Below are positions 1 to 12,339 of a DNA stretch of 64,000 nt, in pieces. The translations under genes and the position numbers were made by a program. Position 1 is the first letter of the stretch; each line of letters starts with the position of its first letter. Under the pieces are notes generated by a model. It did no database searches and was not told the origin of the DNA. It saw only the letters and a list, made by a program, of their open reading frames with translations. The stretch is from Octopus vulgaris (lineage: Eukaryota). The DNA is taken from contig OX597820.1 in NCBI GenBank assembly GCA_951406725.2, forward strand, positions 122,264,001 to 122,328,000, written 5' to 3'.

Positions 1-154
1 TATATATATGTATGTATGTATATATATGTATGTATGTATATATATGTATGTATGTATATATGTATGTATATATATATATGTATGTATGTATATATATGTA
101 TGTATGTATATATGTATGTATGTATATGTATGTATGTATATATATGCATGTATG

Positions 155-188
<34 letters not shown>

Positions 189-366
189 TATATGTATGTA
201 TATATATATATATGTATGTATATATATATATGTATGTATATATGTATGTATGTATATATATATATATATTATATGTATATATATATATATATGTATGTAT
301 GTATATATATATATATGTATGTATGTTATATATATATATTATTTTATATATATATATATATATATG

Positions 367-406
<40 letters not shown>
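1..406. repeat. Compound (TA)n/(TATG)n microsatellite
   Basis: Pure TA/TATG repeats; they explain the Y/I/M/V/C ORFs at 8-440. Confidence 0.97.
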
Positions 407-408
<2 letters not shown>

Positions 409-1214
409 TTAATCTGAGCTGTATATACATGTATACATAGAAGTGTTTCTTGTCTTCACTTGCTGATTCTTTCATCTTGGTTTCTGAGAAGATGATGGTA
501 TTCCATAGTTATTTCTTGCTTGCAGTTATTTTGCATAATTCATTATATTGTAAATATCTTTCTCCGTTATTCCAGCATTATGTGAAAATATATGGCAATA
601 TTAAAATAACATTTTGCATAGAATATATCTTCTTCATTATTTACTCTTTTTTCATGATAATTGCTTTAGGAGTCACTTCTCTTACATTTCATACTACTTT
701 TTTTGTACTGTCTCATCTTTTATCTCGATTTTTTTATAAATTTTTTTTTTTATATATTGCCTATCAAACATGTCATTTTAAGGATACACTCTTGGGGTGG
801 ATAAACAATATGATGTGTGATACAGGCTTGTTTTGTATATAAACATATCTACGTAGTTGCTTTTTTGAATACAACTTCTGTTGCTTTTTCATTACTCCAT
901 TTTCTTATTTGTGTTTGTGTGTGTGTGTATGTGTATACTTTAATTTCAAAGCTCACTTCTCCACGTTAGTGATAGCTGAATAAGTTTTGAGGAAATAATC
1001 CATCTTGTCATTCTTGTGTCATTTCATTTATGAAAGTTCAATTTTATGAAATTTCACTTGTGTTTGCTTCTCTTGCCTTTAGTATTTTCAGCTCCCAGCC
1101 AATTTACACAGAGACATAACACCATTCCTATTATATGTCTATATCAGCTTATTTACCATCTCTAAGTCTATAGACACTTAGCTCTCTTGTTTTCATTTTT
1201 TATAAAATTTGTTC

Positions 1215-2020
1215 TTACATAGCCAAGGAAACATATTTGCATTTCATCTGGCCTAATTCTGCTTCTAATTAATTGGCTTATAACTCTTTCCATAATTTTC
1301 ATCACCTGGTCCAGGAGTTTGATACCTTTATAATTGCTTCTCTCTAAAGCATCACCCTTGCCCTTATAGCAGCTAACAATTATGCTGCTACACCTGCCCT
1401 TGGGTATTACACCTTCCTCAATGACCTGATTGATTATGCAGGTAACTCACCCGTACCCTACATCACCAGACAGACCAAGGGTTTTTTTACAAGTTTTCAT
1501 GTTTTAATTGCCTTATCTGTCATACTGCTGCCCACTAGGATAGCTTATCCCTCTGTTTGGGGTCACATGTGGGAGACTTTCTTTGTCCCATTCATTCTCT
1601 ACATTCAACAGTCTCGCATAGTGACTTTCCCATGCTGCATTCTTGTCCACATCACTGAGTGCAAGCATCCCATTATCCATCTGCATGCACTCCTCTCCGA
1701 CAAATATCTTGATTCTCACTGACACACTGTCTAGCAATCCAGAACACTTCAAGTCTCTGATCTTCATGTTGTAGGACTTTGGCAAATCTCTTCTTTTCTA
1801 CTTCTAGATAAACCTAAACCTGACGTCTAGTCTCCCTTTTAGACTGCCAATATGACCTTTTGCTAGGCCTTCTTTTCCATTCTTTCCAGACCTGTCTCTT
1901 CTCTTTTGTGACCCTGTCAACGTCACTGTTCCACCACCATATCACCCTTGGTCTGGCAGAGGCTTTGCTCTAACAAATTTGGTCTGTTACCCTCAGTAGG
2001 AACTTCCAGTTGTCCTCTAT
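1215..2020 (-). mobile_element. RTE-clade LINE remnant (ORF region upstream of and at the start of the RT domain)
   Basis: Minus-strand translation gives RPRVIWWWNSDVDR, AWESHYARLLNVENEWD and IIVSCYKGKGDALERSNYKGIKLLDQVMKIMERVISQLIRSRIRPDEMQ, typical of RTE elements (WWNxEV, YKGKGD..NYRGIKLL, DEMQFGF). Frameshifted. Confidence 0.85.
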
Positions 2021-2601
2021 TTTATGTCTCTCTCTTTCTCGCTCTCCTACTCCCTCTCTGTATACACACACACACACACACTCAAAGCCTTAAGGTCTGA
2101 AATTACTGTTGGGGTGTTATTGTGTTTCTGGGTGGCATACTTTATTTTTATATTGTGTTTTTGGACATAACACTTTATTCTGATTTACTGTGTTTCATGT
2201 TAACTACTGAGAATAGGTATCATATAATTGTTAACTGTAACAGATTGTTATCAAATTCAAGACAGATTTATCTCTCATCTACTTCTCACCACGAAACCAA
2301 ACTTAAAAACACTTGGTCTTGAAATTCTATTTCAGTCTATAGAAATCTTTTATATTTTTTTTTTCTGTTACAAGCCAAAATGAAATCAAAATGCTAAAGA
2401 AACTAACCAGTGACATTTGTGAAAACTTTCCACTTATTTCGTCTTGTGTGGTGTAAGAAAGCAAAAGCAAATAAAGGAAAAGAAACATCTAAATAAATAC
2501 AATAAATGGTTTTTGAATGTATTTCTTCTTTAGCCGTAGCAATTGCTTTTACTGCAAGTGTACAAATTTTAATACTTCAGCCACTTGAGTGTGCGTGAGT
2601 G

Positions 2602-2670
<69 letters not shown>

Positions 2671-2949
2671 ACATTTGCTACTTGTTACAAGACCTTTACT
2701 GTTATTGTTGATTTTCTGTTGCTGTCATTATGGATAATTTATTTTTTGGGGTCTAATTTCAAATTTTGCTCTGTGGTAGAGTTATTGCATGATATTTATT
2801 TACATTGGCTCCATTATTGCTGTGACCCTCTACCCCTATTTTTGTGGCTGAAGGAATTTGGGTTGTTTTACTACAATTATTTTCGTTTCATGGTATTGAA
2901 ATCTCCTTAATAAAGTACCCTGAAACAATGTCCCATTAATGTGGAACAA

Positions 2950-3067
2950 CCATAGAAACCCATGCCAAATTATACTGGAGTCTGGCACAACCTTCCAGCA
3001 TACCAGCTCAGTCAAGCCGTCCAACCAATGACTGCATGGACAACAGTCATTAAATGATGATGATGAT
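2950..3067 (+). mobile_element. Diverged 3' end of RTE-type element with (GAT)n tail
   Basis: Similar to 9430-9550 (gtccaaccaatg...catgga...taaatgatgatgat). Confidence 0.6.
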
Positions 3068-3082
3068 ATATATATATATATA

Positions 3083-3237
3083 CAAGAGTACACATGAAGA
3101 TGGAAAGTATTGCTGAGGAGGTCACAAATGTGTGACCAAAAACAGTAATAAACAAGTGAAGAATGTTTATATAGTACGTGTGTTTATTTGCCCCCCTCCC
3201 ACAAAAAAAAAGAGAATGACCATCCTGAAATACAACA

Positions 3238-3240
<3 letters not shown>
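3083..3240 (+). mobile_element. (TA)n-flanked short element with decayed hammerhead ribozyme (Penelope-like terminus)
   Basis: tattg-CTGAGGA-ggtcaca(aatg)tgtgacc-aaaaa-cagta followed by AATAAA. Stems I and II are intact; GAAA is mutated to aAAA and stem III is missing. (TA)n on both sides. Confidence 0.6.
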
Positions 3241-3274
<34 letters not shown>

Positions 3275-3279
3275 CACAC

Positions 3280-3698
3280 TTTGTAAGACTCAAGAGAGAT
3301 TTAAATAAAAATGTTACGATCGAGAAGGTGAATCGCAATGACCTTTACGTGTGCACAGATTGTGACAGACCATGCCCTTCTTTTGCTTGGTTTAAATCTT
3401 ATCTGAGAACCCATGGAAAACGAACTTCCACCAACTGTTCTGCCTATATGTCTGTGCATACCTTTCAGTGCAATGTATACCAGAAGGTCTGCAGAGGCCT
3501 CAAAAGACATTTTAAGATCCACCAAGATCAGAACTTATCTGCTGCTCTTGCTGGTCGAAATCAGATATGCAATCTATGTGGATGTCTTTTCAAAACATTG
3601 TCTGGTTTAAGAAGCCACATCAGATGCCATGATGGTTCTAAGACTTAGGTACAGGAGGTGGTCAAACACTGCATAGAGGAGTAGAGTAGACAACTACC
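3280..3698 (+). mobile_element. 3' end of probable RTE-type LINE encoding three degenerate C2H2 zinc fingers
   Basis: ORF 3238-3648 contains YVCTDCDRPCPSFAWFKSYLRTH, FQCNVYQKVCRGLKRHFKIH and ICNLCGCLFKTLSGLRSHIRCH, then a stop, a ~50-nt 3'UTR and a microsatellite tail. The GLxSHxRxH finger is typical of RTE/BovB C-termini. No TGEKP linkers. Confidence 0.6.
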
Positions 3699-3700
3699 GT

Positions 3701-3758
<58 letters not shown>

Positions 3759-3975
3759 AAGTATAATGTATGTTTGTATATTGAAGAGCCATTAGAGATT
3801 GGCACAGTCCCCTGGCTCTTTGGCTCCTGTCAAATCATCCAACCCATGCCAGCATGGAAAACACAGACATTAAATGATGTTGCTGCTGTTGCTGATAATA
3901 ATGTTGTTCTTGTTGATGATGATAATGATGATGATGATGATGATGGTAGTGGTGATGTGTGTGTGTCATCATTGT

Positions 3976-3998
3976 TTACACACATTGTTTCATATATA

Positions 3999-4046
<48 letters not shown>

Positions 4047-4060
4047 TTGTTTCATATATA

Positions 4061-4108
<48 letters not shown>

Positions 4109-4150
4109 TTGTTTCATATATATGTGTGTGTGTGTATATATATATATATT
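3976..4150. repeat. Three tandem copies of a compound unit acacacattgtttcatatatatgtgtgtg(ta)n
   Basis: The unique core cattgtttcatatatatg recurs at ~3983, ~4045 and ~4107. Confidence 0.85.
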
Positions 4151-4954
4151 TGTTTTATACATATTTGAAAGAGAGAGAAATGAGGTGATGGAAGAGAGAA
4201 AGAAAATGTGTGACAGCTGCAGTCATGTGTCAAAATAAGACAATGCGATGTGCATCCATAGTTATGGTTTGGAGTAGGTTTCTATGGAAATCTTGTGTTG
4301 CCAAAGCACCAGAACCCACCTCTCTTTCTCTCGCTTGCTCCATTCCCAGCATGCCAGTATTCCAGCAGAGAACACACTAATATGTCTGGCACCAGCCTGA
4401 CTGCTGAGTACAAGTAAAAATATCTGCCTTGCAGATGAGAAAACATGCAAATAAACATACACACACTCACACATGCAGGTGACGTGCAAATAAATGCATC
4501 CAGACTTACATACGCAGCCGTTTAAACACAGCATGCATAAATGCGACTGCTAATAATAAAATCTAAATATCAATAACAATTACACCTGATGTATGTCACT
4601 TAGAAGACACTTGTCCCCATGAATATTGTAAACTTCACAATAACAGAAAACGCATTGCACAAACAGTATTGGTGAAATAGCCTGCAGTTGCTTCAATACT
4701 CGGATGCAAACATATTATGCATTTGAAATGAGCAATTGAATTCAATACATAAATCATACAAATCTCCTTCTTACAATATTTGCCTATGCGTTCTAGAAGG
4801 ATTTCTATTTATTTAAAAATATAAGGAAAGAAAATCCACAATCACGCGCACGCACACGCCGCGCGCGTGTGTGTGCGTGTGCATCTGTAAACATGGAGAT
4901 GTATATATTTGCTTGTTTCTACAAGTGTTTTACATAAACATACACACATGTAGT

Positions 4955-5095
4955 CAAGTCTCTGTGGTTAAGACACTTGGTTCCCAAAGCTGTAATGTCA
5001 TGTTCAGTCCCACTCTGTGGCACCTTGACCAAGTGTCATCTGCTATAGCCTCATGCTGACCAAAGCCTTTTGCGTGGATTTACTAGGTGGAAACT
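4955..5095 (+). mobile_element. Old truncated copy of SINE family 1
   Basis: ttcagtcccactctgtggcaccttgaccaagtgtcatctgctatagcctc...accaaagcc matches the family-1 head. Confidence 0.7.
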
Positions 5096-5752
5096 TCCTC
5101 TTCTGCTTTTTCTGAAACCTAACCATCGTTCCTCATTCTTATTGCTGATGTTGCCATAATACAAAGCCATCATCTTCATGGCTATCACTACCATCATCAA
5201 CGCCATTAAAATACCATTATTGCAACCATTATTGTTATCGACATCATCATTATTATGATTATAACTAAGAGCATATTAAATATAATCAGGGCTCTTGCTG
5301 CCATCATCATCACCATCACCATCATCATCATCATCATCATCCATTTTAGCTTTAACAATCATGGTGTTCTAGTCACCGATAAATGTCCTTCCTGTCACTG
5401 CTTCCTGGTTCCATTCTATGAAAGAGAGGAGAAGAACACATTTGGTGCAACACTGGTCCATCCCAAGTAAGATCATTTGATGAAGTGCTGCTGCCTGTCT
5501 ATGTTTCATTGGCATATGGGTTGACTAAAACAAGCAGATGAGCAGCATTTATGTGGTTGCTCAGCATGCTAGAAATAGCAACCAAATCTAATACAAAATC
5601 AAATTGTAAAATATGAAAAGGAAGGAGCTATATGTAGCACAGAAAGGGGAAATATTAGCTTGCTTAGAAAACGGTGAGGGTTTGCAACAGGCAAGGCTCC
5701 TTGCTATTGAAAATGTGTTTCAACAAATTGTCTGACCCATGGACGCATAGAA

Positions 5753-5935
5753 CATCATCATCATTATCGTTTAATGTCCGTTTTCCGTGCTAGCACTGGT
5801 TGGACGGTTAGACTGGGGTCTGAGAAGCCAGATGGCTGCACCAGGCTCCAGTCTGATCAGGCAGTGTTTCTACAGCTGGATGCCCTTCCTAACGCCAACC
5901 ACTCCGTGAGTGTAGTGGGTGCTTTTTACGTGCCA
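5753..5935 (-). mobile_element. Short RTE 3'-end element with (GAT)n tail
   Basis: Reverse complement matches 9372-9550; near-identical to 25517-25700 and 63196-63440. Confidence 0.85.
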
Positions 5936-6187
5936 AATATACTGATAACATTTCTTTATACAAAGTGTGATTAGTAGAGAGGCATATCTACCTTCCTACC
6001 TACTTCAGAGAGGGGTCGGTAGGTACGCCGAACCATGAGGAAACATTACTTTCCTTTGAGACAGTAAGGACTGGGAACTAGAAGGACATGGAAAATATAC
6101 CTCACCAAATTCCATCTGATGCATGAAAGCATGCAAAAGTGGATGTTGAATGATGACAATGTTGATAGGTTCTTACTCTACCATGGT

Positions 6188-6490
6188 GGAGGCACATGGG
6201 CTAGTGGTTAGAGCAGCAGACTCGCGGCCGAGGGATCGCGGGTTCGAATCTCAGACTGGACGATGTGTGTGTTTATGAGCGAAACAGCTAAGCTCCACAT
6301 GGCTCCGGCAGAAGGTAATGGGGAAACTTCTGCTGACTCTTTCACCACAACTTTCTCTCACTCTTTCCTCCTGCATCTTGCAGCTGACTTGTGATGGACC
6401 GGAGTCCCGTCCAGGTAGGGAACTTATATGCCAAGAAACCGGGAAACTGGCCCTTATGGCTCGAGAAGGAACAAACAGCAAAAAAAAAAA
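6188..6490 (+). mobile_element. tRNA-derived SINE, family 4 (possibly octopus OR1/OR2 type), poly(A) tail, 13-bp TSD
   Basis: A box (tgggctagtggt), B box (ggttcgaatc), A-tail, and TSD actctaccatggt at 6175-6187 and 6491-6503. Confidence 0.88.
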
Positions 6491-7168
6491 ACTCTACCAT
6501 GGTCCATTTTGTTGTATATTTAGGGAATGACATACATAACCTTTTGGTTTTTGATGAGGGGAGAAGGATGAAAATCTGGGATATGTTACTTGTGACTGAT
6601 AAGTGTTTTGGAGAGGTTCAGCCTTTTCTGTCTACTTAGCATTAAAGAAATCAAAGTTAATCAATCTCTTTTGAATCTTAAGATTGATCAAAAGGATTAA
6701 ATGGTTTTCTTTGCTACATTTCATTCATACATCTTCTTAATGTGAGCATCTGTCACAGCTTAAACACAAAGAAGCAAATAATAAAAATATCGTCAGCAAT
6801 AGAATAATCATAAAGAAAATTTTCAGCTTCTGAACATCAATAACAATTATTTTGTAAAACTGACTGCGACAACATGATTATAATTATCTATAAACAGTTC
6901 AGTTTGTGAAAGTAAATGTTCCATAACTCAACAAAGATCAGAAATATCCCGGTTACTTTGACTTGATCTGAAGAAATTACAACTCATCCCATAATGTCAT
7001 TAAATAGAGGGATATGAGATGTAACTCTTCTTATATAGAGAGTGCTTGTAACAAGTCAGATTTGTTAAGAACAAACTTCCCTAATTACCAGACAAAAGAG
7101 GATTTCAACAATGCATTAAAAGCTAGTTAGTAAAAGTAATTGTATTAGTTATATAAAGAATTCTACCA

Positions 7169-7337
7169 TGCAGGAGTGGCTGTGTGGTAAGTAGCTTGTT
7201 TACCAACCACATGATTCTGGGTTCAGTCCCACTGCATGGCACCTTGGGCAAGTGTCTTCTACTATAGCCTCGGGCTGACCAAAGCCTTGTGAGTGGATTT
7301 GGTAGACGGAAACTGAAAGAAGCCCATCGTATATATG

Positions 7338-7370
<33 letters not shown>

Positions 7371-7588
7371 GTGTGTGTTTGTGTGTCTGTGTTTGTCCCC
7401 CTAGCATTGCTTGACAACCAATGCTGGGGTATTTATGTCTCCGTCACTTAGCGGTTCGGCAAAAGAGACTGATAGAATAAGTACTCGGCTTACAAAGAAT
7501 AAGTCCTGGGGTCGAGTTGCTCGATTAAAGGTGGTGCTCCAGCATGGCCGCAGTCAAACGACTGAAACAAGTAAAAGAGTAAAGAGTA
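7169..7588 (+). mobile_element. tRNA-derived SINE family 1 (internal TA/TG microsatellite, aagtaaaagag tail)
   Basis: Head gcaggagtggctgtgtggtaag...gggttcagtccc, ccttgggcaagt motif; near-identical to several other copies in the window. Confidence 0.92.
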
Positions 7589-8435
7589 ATGCATGAGCTC
7601 TATTTAGTGTAGTGAGGGTTAGGGTTAACTAAATGGTCGGTGCCAATAATGAGATATGAACTGCTGATCTAATTGGCTGCTATCCTATTTATCTGTGGCT
7701 TTCCTCCAGCTTGTTATTGTGAATCACCACCATTTTTTCTGTCCATCCATAAATCATTCCTTAAACACAAACAGTGTAGGAGCACATCAGGTTGACTGTT
7801 CAAGTAATTCAAAAGTGCAGTCTTGTTACACACATTCTTTTTGTAGGGTTCTACCTGATGATTACACTAATGCTTCACATGACTGTGGAATACTCAACCA
7901 TTTACACACCAATGTTTCACCAAACTTTAGCTTCCCGTTAATCCTCAGTCAAAGTAACACTACGTATATATGTGTTGTGCAGGTATGTAGTGTGTGTGTG
8001 TGTGTGTGTGTGCGCTTGCATACATGTATATATAAAGGGGGAGGGAGATAGTTGCATTTAAAAAATTAAGCAAAGCAGTGCTCCAGCATGGCCATACTCT
8101 AAAAACAGGAAATGGAAAAGGTACAAGTTAATTTTTGCATTCATATGTATGTGTAAAAGAATGTGTCTATATACATGCATTTGTACTTAAGTATGTATCC
8201 AGCTATATACATACATGTAAATAACCACACTGAATCCGTTTACTTATATATGTGTGTGTGTGTGTGTGTGGATACACACAAGGTACAGTAAACTTATATA
8301 CACACCATTCTGCTTAAATAATGGAACTGCAAATACAATATCCTTATGTGTCTCACTTCTATTTTCATTCCTTCACTTCCCTCTGTATTTTGTATCTTCT
8401 CTACAATAATTATTACTTAAACACTTTCTTGCAGC

Positions 8436-8483
8436 GTCTCTGATGAAGGGATATATAAAATATCCCAGAAACAGCTGTAAGAC
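8436..8483 (+). ncRNA. Minimal type-I hammerhead ribozyme (Penelope-associated type)
   Basis: gtct-CTGATGA-a-gggatat(ataaa)atatccc-a-GAAA-cagctg-TA-agac: 4-bp stem I, 7-bp stem II, palindromic stem III, GUA cleavage triplet. Lies ~40 nt before a long (TA)n tract. Confidence 0.85.
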
Positions 8484-8522
8484 CTTCTCTTTATAAATGT
8501 TCTGAAAGCTATTCACTACCTT

Positions 8523-8787
<265 letters not shown>

Positions 8788-8802
8788 TATATATATATAT
8801 AC

Positions 8803-9550
8803 CTAGCGGTTGAGGGAACCTTTGGAAGAGGTAGACCCAGGAAGACCTGGGATGAGGTGGTGAAGCACAACCTTCGAACATTAAACCTCACTGAGGCAAT
8901 GACCCATGACCAAGACCTTTGGAAATAGGCTGTACTTGAGAAGACCCAGCAAGCCAAGTGAGACCATAACCTCGTGGCCTATGCCAGAGGTGTAACCAGC
9001 CCACTTATATAATATGTACCTTTCCTTCATTGGACACTAAACTCTGCTTGCGAAGACCTGTTGAGGCAAGTGAAATCGAAATCAAATTCGATGACTGGCA
9101 TCCATGCTAGTGGAGTGGTAAGAGTACCATCCAAGTGTGATTGTTGCCAGAGCAGCAAACTGGCTTCTGTGCTGGTGGTGCATAAAAATCCCCATTTGAG
9201 CGTAATCGTTACCAGCATTGCCTTACTGGCATTTGTGCCGGTGGTATGTGAAAAAACATTCGAGTGAGGTCGTTGCCTGTGCCACTGGACTGACTCCTGT
9301 GCAGGTGGCACATAAAAAACACCATTTGAGCATGGCTGTTGCCAGTACTGCCTGACTGGCTCTCGTGCAGGTGGCACGTAAAGGTACCCACTACACTCTT
9401 GGAGTGGTTGGCATTAGGAAGGGCATCCAGCTGTAGAAACTCTGCCAGATCAGATTGGAGCCTGGTGCAGCCATTTGGTTCGCCAGTCCTCAGTTAAATG
9501 GTCCAACCCATGCCAACATGGAAAGCCGATGTTAAACGATGATGATGATG
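8803..9550 (+). mobile_element. RTE-clade LINE 3' end (ORF C-terminus, ~590-nt 3'UTR, (GAT)n tail)
   Basis: Translation LAVEGTFGRGRPRKTWDEVVKHNLRTLNLTEAMTHDQDLW matches the RTE GRPxxxWxD C-terminal motif. The UTR has repeated tggcacgtaaaaa subunits. Confidence 0.9.
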
Positions 9551-10279
9551 TATATATATATATATATATATAAATATAAATACAGACAAATCTGGATACT
9601 TCATTTTGTCATTCCATTCCATACAATACAACTAACACTCTGCTCACAAATAATAAGATATCATCTCTCTTTCTTCGGTCTTCAATTTCCATTTCTTCTT
9701 TTATTCTTCATAATTTATTTATATACTTATTTAAACCACCACCGCCTCCACTATCATCATCATCACCATAATTGTTATTGTTGTTTTCCATTTGTCTTAA
9801 TAATACACATAGGCTTTCCTTTTGATGTTTTCATCTATTTCTTTTTATTTCTTTTCCCTTCCCACGCGCCAATATCACAGCTGCTGTTCTCTTACCCAGA
9901 AAATGGTAAAATCAAAACATTTTTGGTATGGAGTGTTGTGTTGAATTGCGTGTTGATTGATAAGCATTGAGCTGAGCTGGAAATTAGTTTTTGTCTTTTC
10001 CCTCTTCTTAAAAACAAAAGCAGAACAAAAACACGTTTGCTTTAAATCAATAATAATTTTTACAAATAGTAAAAATAGTAGTGCACAAAATGATGATGAT
10101 GAGGAGGAGGAGCAGGAGGAAGGGGAGGAAGATGATACGATCGAACAAAAACTAAAACACCCACACACTGTCGTTCCCTGCTTCACAACCATATTCGTAA
10201 AAATGGACTGAAAATTCTGTGTATATCGTCTTTTTATTATTTTAAGAATTTGTGTACCTTTGTAATGTTCATTAAATAA

Positions 10280-10666
10280 GGCGCAGGAGTGGCTGTGTGG
10301 TAAGTAGCTTGCTAACCAACCACATGGTTCCGGGTTCAGTCCCACTGCGTGGCATCTTGGGCAAGTGTCTTCTGCTATAGCCCCGGGCCGACCAATGCCT
10401 TGTGAGTGGATTTGGTAGACGGAAACTGAAAGAAGCCTGTCGTATATATGTGTGTGTGTTTGTGTGTCTGTGTTTGTTCCCCTACCATTGCTTGACAACC
10501 GATGCTGGTGTGTTTATGACCCCGTAACTTAGCGGTTCGGCAAAAAGAGACTGATAGAATAAGTACTGGGCTTACAAAAAGAATAAGTCCCGGGGTTGAG
10601 TTGCTCGACTAAAAGGCGGTGCTCCAGCATGGCCGCAGTCAAATGACTGAAACAAGTAAAAGAGTA
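10280..10666 (+). mobile_element. SINE family 1, full length, young
   Basis: Complete head to aagtaaaagagt tail. Confidence 0.93.
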
Positions 10667-10983
10667 ACTGTTTAAAAACGAAGTGGCAGAATAACAAATA
10701 AAACTAAGTAATACAACAACAGCTCCTATGATAAGGAGTGGGGGGAGGTGATTAAATGTTGAGTGGATAAATAAACCTCATTCCACCGCCCTCCCCCTCC
10801 CCCCATCATCACCAGTCTTGTAAATTAGAGAAAAAATTCTATGAAACCAGAGTCAAAGTAATTTATGAACTGTTATTGATTTGTGTCTTAAGCTCATATC
10901 TGAAGCAATATAATGTGAGGTGAAATCATGAGAATATTTAGAGTTCAGTCGTTTTAACATTAAGATAGAGCAGATAGTAACAT

Positions 10984-11233
10984 ACTCTTTAATCTCTTTT
11001 ACTTGTTTCAGTCATTTGACTGTGGCCATGCTGGAGCACCGCCTTTAATCGAGCAACTCAACCCCGGGACTTATTCTTTTGTAAGCCCAGTACTTATTCT
11101 ATCGGTCTCTTTTGCCGAACCGCTAAGTGACGGGGACGTAAACACACCAGCATCGGTTGTCAAGCGATGCTAGGGGAACAAGCACAGACACACAAACATA
11201 TATATATATATATATATACATATACACATATAC

Positions 11234-11282
<49 letters not shown>

Positions 11283-11434
11283 CATATATACAATGGGCTT
11301 CTTTCAGTTTCTCACAAGGCTTTGGTCGGCCCGAGGCTATAGTAGAAGATACTTGCCCAAGGTGCCACGCAGTGGGACTGAACCGGGAACCATGTGGTTT
11401 GTAAGCAAGCTACTTACCACACAGCAATTCCTGC
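10984..11434 (-). mobile_element. SINE family 1, full length with expanded internal (TA)n
   Basis: Reverse complement of 10280-10666, with a small internal deletion near 11310. Confidence 0.93.
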
Positions 11435-11628
11435 TATGATATTCTAATTATGAAAAATTAGATCTTTATGTTGCTTTCCTGTTACAATCTCAATAAGTAT
11501 AGAAAATTAAGAAAGACACAAAACGGTCTTACAGTCTTTTTTGTCAATATGCTGCATAAAATTACCAGCTGGAGCAGATTTGGCAATCCATGATTATTAT
11601 TATTTTTATTATTATTATTACTAATAAT

Positions 11629-12322
11629 AAGGCACTGAGCTGGCAGAATTGTTAGCAAGCTGGGCGAAATGCTTAGCAGTATTTTGTCTTTCGATACATT
11701 CTGAGTTCAAATTCCACAAAGGTAGACTTTGCCTTTCATCCTTTTGGGTCAATAAATTAAGTACTAGTCAAGTACTGGGATTGATGTGATCAGGTGTCCC
11801 CTCTCCACAAAAATCCTGGCCTTGTGCCTTTAGTAGAAAGGATTATCATTATTATCATTATTATTATTATTATTATTATTATTAAGGTGATAAGCTGGCA
11901 GAGTCATTAGCACGTTGGACGAAATGCTTATCAGTTCTTCACACATCACTATGTTTTGAGTTCAAATTCTGCCAAGATTGACTCAGCCTTTCATCTTTTT
12001 GGGTCGATAAAATTAGTACCAGTTATGCACTGGGTTTGATGTAATCGACTTAATCCCTTCCCCCAAATTTGAGACCATGAGCTTCCAGTAGAAAAGGATT
12101 ATTATTATTAAGGCAGTGAGCTGGCAGAGTTGTTAGGACATTGGGCAAAATGCTTAGCACTATTTCATCCGCCTTTATGTTCTGAGTTCAAATTCTGCCA
12201 AGGTTGGCTTTGCCTTTCATCTTTTCCAGGTCAATAAAATAAGTACTAGTTGAGGACTGGGGTCGATGTACTTGACATAGCCCCTATCTCTAAACTGCTA
12301 GTCTTGTGCCAAAATTTGAATT
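11629..12322 (+). mobile_element. Three head-to-tail copies of SINE family 3 separated by (ATT)n
   Basis: aaggc..gagctggcaga...ctgagttcaaatt...gcctttcatcc...aagtac units start at 11629, 11884 and 12110, each preceded by ATT repeats. Confidence 0.88.
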
Positions 12323-12339
12323 CATTATTGTCCTTATTG

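Noticed and set aside
8-440. Long ORFs rich in Y/I/M/V/C/H/T, here and at many other positions
   Set aside because: Translations of TA/TG/CA microsatellites that simply lack stop codons.
3238-3648. Host C2H2 zinc-finger gene
   Set aside because: The start lies in (TA)n, zinc ligands are degenerate, there are no TGEKP linkers and the 3' end is LINE-like; treated as a retroelement remnant.
4350-4413. Possible small exon after the pyrimidine tract ending cccag
   Set aside because: Weak donor, uninformative peptide and no clear phase match to the supported exons.
6188-6260. tRNA gene (also the heads at 10280, 40352 and 43144)
   Set aside because: A/B boxes run directly into repeat bodies with tails and TSDs, with no proper acceptor stem; these are SINE heads.
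7613-7628. Interstitial telomeric repeat (gggttagggtta)
   Set aside because: Only about two units; compatible with chance or a repeat remnant.
11629-12322. CRISPR-like or satellite array
   Set aside because: Eukaryotic context; the units are diverged ~220-bp SINEs, not repeat-spacer units.
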